Shown here in pieces: positions 1-14,074 of a stretch of 64,000 nt of DNA. The stretch comes from Batkoa obscura. Lineage: Eukaryota. The DNA is taken from positions 620,001-684,000 of the forward strand of contig JASVEC010000024.1 in the NCBI GenBank assembly GCA_030770535.1, in the 5' to 3' direction. The first letter of the stretch is position 1. Every line of letters begins with the position of its first letter. A model generated the notes under the pieces. It searched no databases. It was not told the origin of the DNA and was given only the letters and a program-made list of their open reading frames with translations. The translations under genes were made by a program, and so were the position numbers.

Positions 1-960
1 TGTAGCAATTCGTTGGTATAAAGCAAAGACCAAGAGGATGTGTAGCAACGAATTTGTTGAAAATTGGATTGACAGAAAGGAAAGATCAGGTATTAAAAGG
101 GCGGAATTAGACCAGAGCCAAGAGAATTACATTGTATTACTTATGGATGAAAGCCCAGATATAGAATTAGATAAACTGATGGGAAATACTACCAACAATA
201 CAAAGGCATACAGATCACTAAAAAAAAGAGTAAATCAGTTTATTACTAACAGATGTATCTCGACCATAACAAGAATAAACTCATAGTCAATTAAGAAGGG
301 CAATGTAATTAAAATTAAGGAAAGATCCAATTGGGCTCAGTGTTGGCAGTAAACGGATATGAAATTTAACACCAACTTTATATTTATAGATGAAGCTAAG
401 TTTCGTATTACTGTAAGTGATAGAGATACTTAATTTTAAAAAAAATGAGTGATAGTAAAATTTTGCAAAAGAATGAGAGAACAGTCAACATCATTGGAGC
501 TATTATCCCAATTGAAGTTATCAACGTTCAAGTAAATATACAAAGAGCTTTACAAAAAAAACTGAAATATTAGATAACATCCACCAAATTGAAATAGATA
601 CCAATTGTTATTTGAGTTTATTAATAACGCTAGATATTTTGAATGCGAGGGAAAATTTTTGAGGCCATTAATAATGTCCCTGTCCATAAGTTATTAGAAA
701 TAAAGGCTTATATAGCTGTAAGAGAATACAATCATATTTGTTTACCTTTAGGTTTGGGAAAGTTATACCCTATCGGACCTTTTTGGTCATATTTTAAAAC
801 CAAGGTAAAGCGAGAAATACTTTTAAAAGAGAAAACAATAACTAGTAGAATTAAACAGGATTGTGAGAATACCCTCATCAGTGGGTTGAGTCAGTATATC
901 AAAGCTTCGTTGCGAGACTTGAAGATTGTTTATAAAAAATATCTTTTTAGTTTAGATTGA
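1..960 (+). pseudogene. Degenerate IS630/Tc1-mariner-like transposase, paralog of 2060..3355, 5' end outside window
   Basis: Fragments 38..286 and 643..960 plus FIDEAKF near 385 align with the 431-aa ORF (PFWSYFKTKV, TITSRIKQ); interrupted by stops and frameshifts. Confidence 0.85.
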
Positions 961-2059
961 GGCTGTCTTTTTTAATGATGGAATTCTATAGCTTTTTATT
1001 ATGCGCTAAGGATGTCTTTTTATTAAGTAAATATAAAAAAGCAGGGTATAGTTAGGCTTAAATTAGTATACCGCGTTAAGTAAAATCAGGTAAAGGCTTG
1101 CAACTTCTTGCTTCAGTATTCTTTAATGATTCAAAAACTGAGAAATATAAATATTTACTTAGTTTTATAACTATTGTATTCTTATGAATTATTGTTAGAC
1201 TCAACCCTTTAGCTGTTGTTATTGTTCAGTTTAAAAACATTTTGTTTAATAACCTTTTAACATAATATTAAAACAGTTTTTGAAATATAAAATATTATTA
1301 TTAGAAGATAGTGATAAGTTTGTTATAAAATAAAAATTACAGAACTTTATCATTTAATAACATTCCTTTTTTTTACTTTACTAAAAACGCTCTAATTTAA
1401 CTTATTTCTTTTGATGAAAACTAATACTAGTTTTTAACAATACTGTTATGGATTTAGACAATGATCATTAGATTTTTTTTAATTGATGATGCTAAAATAT
1501 TATGATATTTAATATATCTTATTTTTGATTAAACCATATTTAAAAAAGGTGTATTTTCAGAGACCAGGTAAACAACTTTTTACGATATGCTTATAACAAA
1601 AGAAAACATAATGCATCAGAGATAATAACCTTTACAAACAAAATAAAACTTTTACAAAACTAACAAGTTATAAGGGCACTCAGTTTATATGTAAAAAGTG
1701 AGAATTTAAAACAGCAATCTACTATCCTTTATCTTGTTTAAAATAATTTTATATTTGCTTAGAACATGTGTGAAAATGGGGTATTAAATCTTTGATTAAA
1801 GGGGGGAAGTATTAAGCCAATTTTAACAAGTTTTTAGCTAAATTTGAAATTAAATTGTGTAAATCCTGCTTTTTAAGTCAGATAATTGGCTATAAAATAT
1901 GCATGGTTATATTACAGGTTAAAACCTAGCAAAACAAATTCAAACACTTGATGATAAGAAATTTGACAATGAAATAAATAATTAGTATAAGACTGAGATA
2001 GATTTTATAACCTTTTATCTTTTTCTATCAAAAAAATTAACTTTTTAACACTTAGCAAA

Positions 2060-3355
2060 ATGGATAAATCTCCAAACAAAGGTCAAGGGCATCTATTTGA
2101 TGATGAGGAAAAGAAAATAGATAGAGAAATGGATGATAGTAATCTTTCATTTTTTGATGAATACCGAAAAACTAACCCTACTGAAAGTCCGCTGAATGAA
2201 AGTGACAATGCAAGTGATAACAGTCCAAGCGCCCAAAGCACACCAAAGCCAAAAAGACAGAAATCAGAAAAAGCGTATAGAAGATATAATCTGAAGGATA
2301 TGGATAATTTTTTTTATTTAGTAAACGAAAAACAGATGAGTATACGTGGAGCAGCTCGTAAGCTTGATATCCGTCCTGGTACTGCTAACTATTGGTATAG
2401 AAAAGGCGTTCGAGGCACAGAAATGGATGAATTTATTGAAAAAAACTTAAGCGGGGGTAATCAGAGAGCAGCCGATAAATACACAAAATTAAGTGAAAGT
2501 CATGAGGATTATATTATTTCACTTTATGACGAAAACCCATATATGGATTTAGATGACCTAGCGGAAAGTCTTGCTAATCATTTTGAAGGTTTTAAAGTTT
2601 CCAAATCTACATTGAAAGAACATCTTACTAGAAACTGCAATCTTACTTTAAGACGAGTAGATTCCAACCCAATTGAAAAAAACAGCACAACTAATATTGA
2701 GAAAAGATACGACTGGGCCCAAAATTGCAACAAAACGGATATAGACTTCAACACTAATTGCGTTTTTATAGATGAAGCATCATTTTATATCAATATAAAG
2801 AATACATTTCTTTGGTCTAAAAAAAAAGGAGCTAATAGTAGAAATAAAACTAGAAATGAAAGAAAAATTGGTATTCTTGGAGCTATTAGTCCACTTGGTA
2901 TCATCAACGTTCAAATAAAAACACCAAGGGTTTTACCACAATTAAAAAGCGGCGCAGAAGCAGAGAATAAGTACCAACTTGAAACGAATACTAGCCATTA
3001 TATGGAATTCATTAAAAGTACTTTGGATACTTTGAGTAATCATAAACGATTCCGAGGATTCTATATAGTTATGAATAATGCTCCCGCCCATAAACTATCG
3101 GAGATAGAAGCTTATATTAAAAAAAAAGGGTATAAATGCGCTTATTTACCTTTGGATTCGCCAGAATTAAATCCTATGGAACCCTTTTGGTCATATTTTA
3201 AAACCAAAGTAAGACGAGGAAAGCTTTCGGATGATGAAACAATTACTACTAGAATTAAGCAAGGCTGTAAAGATGTCGCTATAAGTGATTTGGATGGGTT
3301 TTGTAAAGCTTCTAAATCGATGTTTAAAAATTGTTTAGAAAAAACTCCTCTCTGA
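2060..3355 (+). CDS. IS630/Tc1-mariner family transposase-derived protein (HTH + DDE_3-type domain), second catalytic Asp replaced by Asn
   Basis: HTH-like SIRGAARKLDIRPGTANYW; motifs VFIDEASF, IVMNNAPAH (family consensus MDNAxxH), SPELNPMEPFW; intronless; no TIRs seen. Confidence 0.9.
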   Translation: MDKSPNKGQGHLFDDEEKKIDREMDDSNLSFFDEYRKTNPTESPLNESDNASDNSPSAQSTPKPKRQKSEKAYRRYNLKDMDNFFYLVNEKQMSIRGAARKLDIRPGTANYWYRKGVRGTEMDEFIEKNLSGGNQRAADKYTKLSESHEDYIISLYDENPYMDLDDLAESLANHFEGFKVSKSTLKEHLTRNCNLTLRRVDSNPIEKNSTTNIEKRYDWAQNCNKTDIDFNTNCVFIDEASFYINIKNTFLWSKKKGANSRNKTRNERKIGILGAISPLGIINVQIKTPRVLPQLKSGAEAENKYQLETNTSHYMEFIKSTLDTLSNHKRFRGFYIVMNNAPAHKLSEIEAYIKKKGYKCAYLPLDSPELNPMEPFWSYFKTKVRRGKLSDDETITTRIKQGCKDVAISDLDGFCKASKSMFKNCLEKTPL

Positions 3356-3726
3356 TTAGAATATGGCATGTCTTTTATTAAGAGTTTTATAGTAATAAAG
3401 CTTTTGAAGTATTTGCTTTGTAACTTCTTAAGCTATACATTTAAAACCAAGGTGGTAAGCATAGCTTTAGTTTTGCTTAACTTAATACTTGATAATTACC
3501 ATTATTATATTTTAATAAAACATTTAAAAAAATTGTTATGTTGACTAGATACTCTTTGGGTAATATATTTCAAATAATAAAGAATGTAATTTTAGATGGT
3601 AATTAATAATAGTCCTATACAAAAAGCGGGATTATTGCAACACTTTATAGTTAGTATTAGTATAAAAAATTAAATATTTTGCACAATAGATTTCGTTATT
3701 TTTTTATATTTTGCCTAAAAATAGTT

Positions 3727-3822
3727 GAGGATGTATTTTTGTGTAAGAATTTTACTAACAAATTTTCCGCTTAAATAATGCTTAAAAAACCGAAAAAGTA
3801 ATGAAGTCGAAAAAACACTCCC
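3727..3822 (-). mobile_element. MITE copy (~97-bp GGGGATGT family)
   Basis: Matches family consensus in reverse orientation; decayed termini. Confidence 0.75.
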
Positions 3823-3839
3823 AATTTTATATTTTAAAA

Positions 3840-4375
3840 GATGGGGCAAATAAGGGGTAGAATCCTTTGGTTAAGATCATAATGCACAACTTTCATAAGA
3901 TTTTAGTCAAATCTAAAATGGGGATTTATAATCTGCGGTTTTTTAATCAATCAAACCAAAGATTATAGGTTAAAGTCTAATAAACAAATTTAAACACTTA
4001 ATGATAAGAACTTGACAAAATATCTAAAATAATGTGTAAAAAGGAATAAAAGAAGAAATTAAGCTTTAGATTTATCATTTTTCTTATAAAATAATAACAA
4101 GCTGGTTTTTATAAAAAAAATAAAAATAAAAATATCTTTTTACAATAACCAAGGGAATATATTTAATAAAGAAGAACGGATAGTAGGTAATCAAATGAAA
4201 AATAATAAATTTCACTCTTTGATGAATACAGAAGCCAACCCTGTTGAAATTCCATCAAATACAAAGAGTATTTTAGATAATAATCCAAACATCGAAAGTA
4301 CACTAAAAGCAATTGAAAGCTATAAAGACATAGACAGAAAGAAAGTGTTGCTAAAAAATCTAATAAGCATATAAA
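3840..4375 (+). pseudogene. Third, 5'-only relic of the same transposase unit (upstream region plus N-terminus)
   Basis: aaacacttaatgataagaa near 3993 matches aaacacttgatgataagaa near 1942; 4140-4260 resembles 2070-2190 (caaggg...tttgatgaatac...aaccct). Confidence 0.65.
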
Positions 4376-4460
4376 ATGGATTTTTTATTTATATTATTTT
4401 TTATTTTATGGATATCAATTTCTTATTTAACTTACTGTCTATTTATTTATTTTATATATT

Positions 4461-4557
4461 GGGGTGTTTTTGTGGCTTCATTACTTTTCTATCTTTTAAG
4501 CACTATTTAAGTAAAAAAAATTGCTAGTAAAATTCTTAAGTACAAAAATACATCCCC
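4461..4557 (+). mobile_element. MITE copy
   Basis: ggggtgtttt...cttcattac...aaaatacatcccc followed by atat. Confidence 0.85.
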
Positions 4558-4758
4558 ATATGTATTAATTTTCTTAAATAATAATATATAATAGATTCTC
4601 ACAAGGTTTAACATAATGTCAAACAAGTATTATTTTGACTATTTTTTATTTATATCAATTCATATGGAGATGTATCCTTTTGGTTAATAATTTTACCTCT
4701 CAAATTGTACTCAAAGAAAGGAAAAAACGATGAAATTAAAAAAAAAACATTAGCACAT

Positions 4759-4868
4759 GGGGATGTATTTTTGTGTTTAAGAATTTTACTAATAGCTTTC
4801 CCACCTTTTAAGCGCTATTTAAATAGAAAGATTGTTAGTAAAATTCTTAAACACAAAAATACATCCTC
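4759..4868. mobile_element. MITE variant with two right arms (near-palindromic)
   Basis: ggggatgtatttttgtgtttaagaattttactaa at the left is the near reverse complement of ttagtaaaattcttaaacacaaaaatacatcctc at the right. Confidence 0.8.
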
Positions 4869-5834
4869 ATATGTTAAAAAGTATTAGTAATTTCTAGAAT
4901 AGAAATAAATCAAATTATTGAATTTTATTAATTAGACGAACGGATGATTTGATTTTTAAATTGTCCAAAAATTAAAATGGAAGATTAGATTATCAAGGTT
5001 ATTTTAAAATTACAATTAAAATGTATGGTTTGATGATAGAACTTTCAAATAATTACAAAAATTAATAGAAATCATTTTTAAAACTTAAAAGGTCTTTTAT
5101 ACAGTTTTATTTTAAATAAGCTGAATTCCTTAATTAAACAACAAAATTTCATAATATCTCAAATAACTTTTAATGTCTCTAAGTTTTTAATAAAAGTATA
5201 TCCGAAAAAATTAATTTTTGAATTTTATTAAAGCATTTAATAAATTAACACATTTCTAATAAGGAATAAATAAACCCTGGGAGTAAACTTAAATTAAAAA
5301 ATTCACTTCAATAAAAATAATAGGAATTGAAAGTATAAATGATTGGCTACTATTTGATGTAACTTAATAATTGAATGATATTGGGGTGACTTTTAACAGA
5401 ATAATTCTTGTTTATTACTCATTGGTTAATTTTAAAAAGTTGAAATTTATTAATAAAATCTAAAGTGTTATAAAAAAAAGGTTGGAGATATTTCAAAAAT
5501 TAATAGTTTATAATATAATAATAATAATTATTATTATTATTATTACAACTATATATTATTATTATAATATAATAACTTATTTATTCAGTTTGGATATTAA
5601 TATAAATTAAACATTGAATTAAAATAACAATATCAACGTCATTGTTTTATGCAATAATATAATAATTGAATCATAATAGAATGGAAATTTTAAATTCAAA
5701 TCAAATAATGAACAAATCAATAAGTGATATTCTCAAAATTACAACAGAAGTTTAAATAAAATAAAACTCAAAGCTATAAAAGGGCATTAAAACTAATGTT
5801 AAAAAATAATTTTATATTTAAAATTTTTTCAAGA

Positions 5835-7811
5835 ATGGGTAACAATACTACTACTACTAATATTAAAGTGGATCAAAATATTCTAAATCAAACTGCTCGT
5901 ACTCCTTATTGGAATAATGGTAAATATTATATTGTATAGCAATAATATATTAGAATATTTTAATATTAATATTTTAATAATTAGGTAGTGCATATAGTAA
6001 AGCAGATAGAAATAAATTTGGATTAAATGGGCTTATACCTTCTGCTATCGAAGACATTGAAATCCAAAAACAACGAGCTTTATTAAATCTCCGAAGAAAA
6101 GAAGATCCCTTAGAAAAATATATATTTTTAGCTAACTTAAGAAATACAAATGTTCATTTATTTTATTCTTTAATATTAGATAATTTTAAAGAAATTACAC
6201 CTTTAATTTATACTCCTGTAGTTGGTCAAGCATGCCAAGAATATTCAAATATTCAACCCTTTTTAGGTTCTATTGGAAATCCTGATGGTTTATTTATATC
6301 TTTAAATCAATTAGATCAATTAGATGAATTATTAGACAATTATAAGAATGCATTACCTTATCCTCATTCTAATCCAGAAATTGCTGTAATTACTGATGGT
6401 TCTAGAATTTTAGGTTTGGGAGATTTAGGAATGAATGGAATGGGTATTCCTGTTGGTAAATTACAACTTTACGTTGGAGCTGCTGGTGTTAATCCAAGTA
6501 AAACTTTACCAATTACTTTGGATTTTGGTACAAATACGAAACAAATTAGAGATGATCCTTTATATATGGGTTTACGTCAAGAACGCCCTAATGATGATAA
6601 AGTAAGTTGTATAATATAATAATAGTAATAACATAATAATAACATAATAATAACATATTTATTAATACTATTTTTAATTTATAGTTTTATGATTCAGTTG
6701 ATAAAGTATTAACTGCTATTAAAACTAAATTCCCTGGTATTTTAATTCAATTTGAAGATTTTTCATCAGATCATGCATTTGGTTTATTAGATAAATATAG
6801 AAATGACTTATTTTGTTTTAATGATGATATTCAAGGAACTGGAGCAGTTATATTATCTGGATTTATTAATGCAGTTAAAGTATCTAAAGTATCAGCAAAA
6901 GATCATAAAATTGTATTTCTAGGAGCAGGTAGTGCAGGTATTGGAGTAGCAAGACAAATTATGGATTATTTTATTATTGATGGTAAAATGAGTGAAGAAG
7001 AAGCTAAACAAAAGTTTTGGTTAATTGATTCTAAGGGTTTAATTACAATGGATCGTGGGGACAAATTATCAAATCAAAAACAATTTTTTGCTAGAAAAGA
7101 CAATAATAATCAACAATTTAAAAATGTAGAACAAGTAGTAGATTATGTTAAACCTACTGTTTTAATTGGTTTAAGTTCAATTTCCAAAGCTTTTAATGAA
7201 AATGTAACTTGTTATGATATAATATAATGTAATATAATATATATTAATATTGATTTATTTAGGTATTAAAAAAGATGGCCAAATATAATGAAAAACCAAT
7301 TGTATTTCCATTATCTAACCCAGCTACTAATGCTGAATGTTCTTTTGAAGAAGCCATGAAAGCCACCGATTCTAGAGTAATTTTTGCTTCAGGTACTGCT
7401 TTCCCAGAATATAAAGATGATAAAGATAATAAAGTATATCATCCTGGGCAAGGAAATAATATGTATATTTTCCCAGGACTTGGATTAGGAGCTATTTTAT
7501 GCAAAGCAGGAATAGTAACTGATACCATGATTTATGCAGCAGCCTCTAGTTTAGCTAATTCTTTAAATGAAGAAGAAAAGAAACAAAATTGGTTATATCC
7601 AGATCTAAAACGTATACGTGAAGTATCAGCTATTGTAGCTGCAGCTACTATAAATCAAGCTTATAAAGAAAATTTAATTGAAATTAAAGAATTAAAAGAG
7701 ATTGGTGATGATTTGGAAAAATTAACTCAATTAGTTCAAAAAAATATGTGGAATCCTAATTTTGTTGAACCAAGTCATCAAGCTATTAATCATCAAGCTT
7801 CTCATTTATAA
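5835..7811 (+). CDS. NAD(P)-dependent malic enzyme, 4 exons
   Basis: YTPVVG, TDGSRILGLGDLG, IQFEDF, FNDDIQGTG, FLGAGSAGIG, PLSNP, GQGNNMYIFPG motifs; GT-AG introns near 5920, 6602, 7204. Confidence 0.95.
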
Positions 7812-7977
7812 ACTTATAATAAAGTCAATAAAAATAATATTAATTTAAATCTATTATTTATTATTATTATTTATTGAAATTCAAATATTTATAAATTCAA
7901 TTTTATTTTTAATTCTATAAGTGAAGGGAAGGGAGAAAGAGGGAGAGATAAAGATAATAATCTATTTGATTTTAATA

Positions 7978-8435
7978 TTAAGTAAATAAACAAAGTTTAC
8001 CATCTGAACCGGAAGAAAGAATCCAAGGTTGATAAGGATGAAATTGAACATTTAAGATACCTAAATCGTCTTGAATTTGATGACCTCTTAATATTTTAAC
8101 AGGAACAATTAATGGATTTTGTAATAAATCATTATAAACCATTCCATGGAATACTTGAATTGATCCATCATCAGAACATGAAGCAAATAAGGGATATCTT
8201 TTATGATAACTTACAGAACGTATAGCTTCTTTATGAAATCTATAATAATATTAATATTAATATTAATAACATTTTATATAAAATATTAATTAATTAATTT
8301 CAATTATTTTATTTACCTTAATGTTTTATATGGTTTAGATGATAAATCCAAATCAAACCAATTTAATCTTCTATCATAACTACCAACAATTACGTTATCA
8401 CCTAATTAATAATAAATAAATAAATAAATAACATA

Positions 8436-8493
<58 letters not shown>

Positions 8494-10986
8494 TTGAGGA
8501 TGAACATCTAAAGAAGAAATCCATTGAGAACCCGAAATTAATCTTTTTTCTAATTTTTGTAATTGAAGGTTATATAATCTTACATAACGTTGAGTCTAAT
8601 AATATAATAATTAATTAATTAATAATCTCATCTTTTTATATTAAAATAAATTTAATTTATCTTAACTTACTGCTATTAAAAATATAGGTTTTGTTGGATG
8701 AAATAATACACTTTGAATACTACCACTTAATTTACGGAACGGTTTTTGAGTTTGTTGTTTACTTAATTGATGAATCATTATTACATTATTGGAATCTAAT
8801 AATTAAATTTGAATTTAATTATTATTAATTAATTATTATTTATTAAGAAAATATTACCTTTTGGTGCTATTGTAGCAAAATAATCTCCTTTACGATGCCA
8901 TACCACTTGCTTAACTGTATGATTATGACCAAGAGTTAATAAGATACCATCTAATTTCTCTTCATTACTACATTTCTTCCATTCACCTACATCTAATTAT
9001 ATTAATTAATACATTATATTATTACTTATTATATTAAATTTACTCTCTTTATTTTTACTCATTCTACTTTCAATACCCATATTGATAATATTTTCAGTAT
9101 TTACAACTGTAATTTCATCAGTTACATCTTTTGGACAAATGAGTAAAGCTTTATCTTCACTAAAAAATAAAACAAAATATTAATTACATTTTAGCTTCTT
9201 GAAAAATTAAAAACTTACCAAGTAACAGCAATTAAACAAATTTCTGGATTAGGATTCCAAGCAACAGAATAAATAATTCCAGATAATTTGATACTTTGTA
9301 AACAACGACCTGTATTAATTTCCCAAATTTTAACTGTAAAATCATCCGATCCAGAAGCCATATAAAGACCTGTAGGATCAATAGAAAAGGAACGAACTTT
9401 ATCTTTATGTCCATTAAAAACAATAGATAATTTAGTTGGGAAGGGTTGTAATTCTTTTGGATCTGGTAATTTAGGAATCAAAGATTCAGGATCAATGTCC
9501 ATCTATTATAAAATAACAGATGTTTTTAGTATATTATTTAAATTAATATTAAATAAACTTACTTTATTTTTACGAACACGTGGATTTAAATAAAGATCTA
9601 AACATCTTCTGAATGTTTCTTGATAATTTCTTTGATAAGCAGGTACAGATCTTAAGTTAGGGTATCTAAATAAAATATATTAATTAATCTTTTTTTTTCA
9701 TTGAATTTTTTTTCATTTTGTTTTACTTTTTAGGAATAAAATCCAATTTTCTATAATTTACATCTGTTTTTTCCCATTCTTTAATCTCTTCTTCTGTCAT
9801 TAAATATTCTTCAGGTGGATTATAAGATTCTGCATTGCCTGGTAAGGCTTTCTTTGGTGGTGGTATATAATGTGAATTGATATTGTTATTTTCTGAATTC
9901 TCCCAAATATCATAGTATTCTTTTTTCGCACTCTTTGGTCGATGACCAATAATTTTACCTTCTCTAATAGCATGTACTAATTGCATGACCTAAAATATAA
10001 AACATTAATTTCTATAACTTGGATAAACATTTAAAATAAATTTAATTGATTTACTTTTTTATGTTCACTTTTAGATGGAATAAATCTTCTTTTTGGCTCA
10101 TTTTTACCAGAAAGTGGAGTTTGTCTAACTCTGCTAGTAAAATATTCCACTGTATCTGGATATGGATCATAACTTTCCTCTCCAAATTTACCTTGAGTAA
10201 TACGTTGAATTATTTGTAATTCTTCATCAGTTAATCGAATATCTTTTTGTTCTAAGTTGTCTTTAACCGTTTTCCTATAATTATTTATAAATTAATCCTT
10301 TTTTTGTTAATTCTAAGGGGAAAATATAATTACCAAGAATCGGGATCATCCATATTATCTAAAAACTTATCCAACTCGTCTCCTTTGGCTGGTTTATATA
10401 CTCTTTTACCATCAACATCGTATCCAATATGAGGATAATCATCATACCAATGCATAGGTACATTACCTGTGGTATTAGTAGTCTATAGTAAAATAAATAG
10501 ACATAGTTAATAAAATTATTATATGATGATAATTCTATTTTTACCTCTTCAGTAGAAGAATCTGAATCATATTTAGGCTCAATTTCAGGTAATTTAGCCA
10601 TTGGATAAGCACTAGCTTTTGGTTGATATTCACTTTGAATTCTATTATGAATTTAATTAATAATAATACCTTATTTAAATCAATTATCAAAAAGATACTT
10701 ACTCTAAGTCACTATTTTCTTGTTCGGAAAGTTCAGTATCTGAACTTGGAAATTCTTCTAACTCTTCATCATTTTCTTCAGTATATTTAAAAATTTCATC
10801 TCCATCTAAAGTTTCTGTTTCACTATCTTTATCACTATCATATTCTGGAAAATCCATCTCAGGTCCATCTTCTAATTCAGAAGAGTCATCTCCAGATGGG
10901 GCATCATCGTTGATCACTAAATTTTTAATATCTAATTCAGAATCACTATCTTCACTATGTTTTCGAATATTTTTATTGTTAGCCAT
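7978..10986 (-). CDS. ERB1: Ribosome biogenesis protein Erb1/BOP1, multi-exon
   Basis: Acidic N-terminus, [37 protein letters not shown]-terminal WD40 repeats ending LFT*. Confidence 0.95.
8437..8490. repeat. (ATT)n microsatellite inside an ERB1 intron
   Basis: Direct reading, about 18 units. Confidence 0.9.
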
Positions 10987-11466
10987 TGGTAAAAATGTGT
11001 TTTTAATAAGTTGAATTTCGAGAAAATCGAGTTAGACTTTAAGATTTCAATTTTTTTTGATACTTGAGATTGGACCAATTACTGGAATAGTTTTATGGGT
11101 AAGGTTCTTTTGGGTTGAGATAAAAATTTTAATTAAATAAATTTGCAAAAAAAACTATAATACCGAAGTAGATAATACTCAATTAATTTGATCATAAGAA
11201 TGTTATAGTTGATAGATCTATTATATTGAAGATTTAAAGCCAAATTCTAGGGTTTTAAGGTTTAAAATTTAGTTTGATCTGTTACCATTCAAAAAATAGT
11301 ATTTTATTTTCAACAAAACTATTAAATCCTTTATAATTTTTGGATTTAAGTAAATTTTGGAACTGTAACTTTAAATTAAGACAACTATTTTGTGCAATAA
11401 AGTATTTATTAAAAAAAACTAAGGAAAATAAGTTAAGCTTACGTTCTCCAATTTTAAAATCAATTT

Positions 11467-12939
11467 ATGATCAACGATAAAAAGAAAGAATCAAAGGGAA
11501 CTCAAGAACAAATGAGTACTTCACAAACTGAAAAATCAGAAATAATTTATGAAAATAATGGGGATAAGGATCCTAAATTTCGGCCCTTTAATTTAGATTT
11601 ATTGATAAGATTACTTAAAGTCTCTTTATTCCATTATTCTTTTGGCTTAATACTATTATCTTCAATGAAACAATTATTTACTTTTAGTTTATCAATTTAT
11701 AACCCATTCGTTTTTTTTTGTTTATTTCAATCCTTAATAGCAGCTATCTATCAATTGATTATCTCGTATTTGGATTATCAGTTTAAAAAGAAGAAGGTGA
11801 TTGAACAATGGTCAGAGCAAGTTATCGTTATTACAGGTGGTAAGTGAAATTTCATTATTAATAGTATTTAATTGATTAATTATATATATATTATAAAACA
11901 AAAGGAGCCAATGGTTTTGGTTGGTTGTTAGCTCAATGCTTTGTACAAAGGTTTGCTACTGTAATTGTTTTAGATATTTTAGAACCAGCTAATCCACAAG
12001 GTGAGTCAATATATATAAAATTAGCTTTATTTCTAAATCTTATTTTAAAATTTTAGCTGGTATTTACTTTCATAAATGTGATGTTACAGATTATAAACAA
12101 GTTGAAAAAGTATTGAAGGAGATAAAAGAAGAAGTGAGTTTTACATTTATTATTATTCGATAGAATTAAATAAAACCCATAAAGTTTGGTGTACCTACTA
12201 TATTAATCAATAATGCTGGCATTATTCAACCAAAATTACTAGTAGATTCCGATATTAAAGATATTGAAAGGTAAAATTAATGCTGTAAAAGAAATAATTG
12301 TTACTTACTAAAATACTCATTTTTAGAACTTTAAATGTTAATTTATTATCCAATTTTTACACTACAAAAATTGTGTTACCTTGGATGCTACAAGAAAATT
12401 TTGGCCATATTGTAACTTATATTCATTAATTTATAAATTGATTTTTTATAGTTATTATCTAGGTTACTATTTCTTCAATTTTGGGCCATACTAGTCCAGC
12501 TCAAGCAAGTAATTTTTATTATCAATATTACTATTTTAAATTTTAACACTTTATAGCTGCTTATGCTGCCTCGAAAGCTGGTTTAATAGCCTTCCACGAA
12601 TCTTTAACCCAAGAATTAACTACTTCATATTCAGACAAATCCATTAAAACATTATTATTAGTCCCTGGACAAATGGATACTGGAATGTTTAATGGAGTTG
12701 AACAAAAATACCCTTTTTTATTTCCAATGACCGATTCTTTAGAATTAATTGAGAAATTATTCTTGTATTTAGAATATCACCATAATGGCGAAATCTATGC
12801 TCCATTTTATACTAATTTGGGACCATTAGCTCGTTGTTTTCCTTTATCCTTTAGATCATGGGTTTATACTTTTACAGGGGCTAATTGTTCATTGAATAAT
12901 TGGGTGGGTCATTTAAGAGATAAAAATAAAGTAGAATAA
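11467..12939 (+). CDS. Short-chain dehydrogenase/reductase with N-terminal membrane segment, multi-exon
   Basis: VIVITGG-ANGFG Rossmann motif, LINNAG, YAASK catalytic motif, PGQMDTGMF. Confidence 0.9.
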
Positions 12940-12966
12940 TAACTTAATAAAATTTATTTTATTTTA

Positions 12967-14074
12967 TTATTCTTTTTCATCTTCACTATCTAAACCAAAT
13001 GATAATGCTACTTTAGCTGCTAATTTTCTCCTCTCTTCAAATGATAAATTGGAAGCATGGTCTTTAAATAACAAATTATTAACTTTAATAATGACTTCAA
13101 TTATTTTAACTACCTTTTAATGATTTTAACGTATTTAATGTATTATCAAAATCATCTTTATTTTTAAATACTTTATTATTAAACTCTTTCACTTCTTCTT
13201 CTGTGGGTATATCACCTAATTTTTTATTACTTTTTTTGCTTATATAATATAGAATTCTATTACAATCTTGCTCAAATAACTCATCAAATGCATTGATGTC
13301 ATTTTCTTTCGTTTCTTCTATAAAATGTTAAAATCAGTTTATTATTTTTATATAGTAATACTATTTTACTTTTATTATCAATCTTAACTAAACCATTCCA
13401 AGGATGAGCGTTTAATGCTTCTAATATACGTGGTATACCTTCTTTGTCATAGCCATCTGTATAATAATACATATTTATATAGAAAATACAATAAAATAAA
13501 AATGTTACCATCATTTTCTTCGTTTAAATTAACAAACTCGAACTCATTTTCAATACACCAATCTAATACCAAATCAATTTTACTTTCATTTTGAATTTGA
13601 TTTCCATTTTCTTTTAATAAAATACAAAATTTTATTTCAATTGAATAAGATTTCCAACATTCATTAAGCAATTTTAAATCTTTTAATGTTTGTTCCTGAT
13701 CCAAGTGGTTAATTTCCATTTTATTTATTTATTTATAATTTATTATTACTTCATTCCCATACTTATACACAAATAAAAAGGCATCAATGTATCTTCCAAT
13801 ATCTTTAAAGCCATCTAATATTGAATTATCTAAGTTTTCTATTATTGTATCGTTCCAAATGGATAAATCAACTGTGAAATATTTATTCGTTAAGTTAAAT
13901 GGTATTATTGGGTTATCAATATCTAAACTAATGTGTTGATTTGATAAATCATATAGATCTAAAATAAAATAAATATTTCTTTATTTGATCATTCAATATT
14001 TTATTACTTTTTATTATCTCTTCTTTTTTTTCTTTTTCTCTTCCTAATATTAATATCTTATTTTTAACTTCCAT
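12967..14074 (-). CDS. Alpha/gamma-adaptin-binding protein p34 (AAGAB/Irc6-like), multi-exon
   Basis: NKYF in N-terminal domain, DWCIENEFEFV, GIPRILEALNAHPW, C-terminal EERRKLAAKVAL. Confidence 0.8.
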
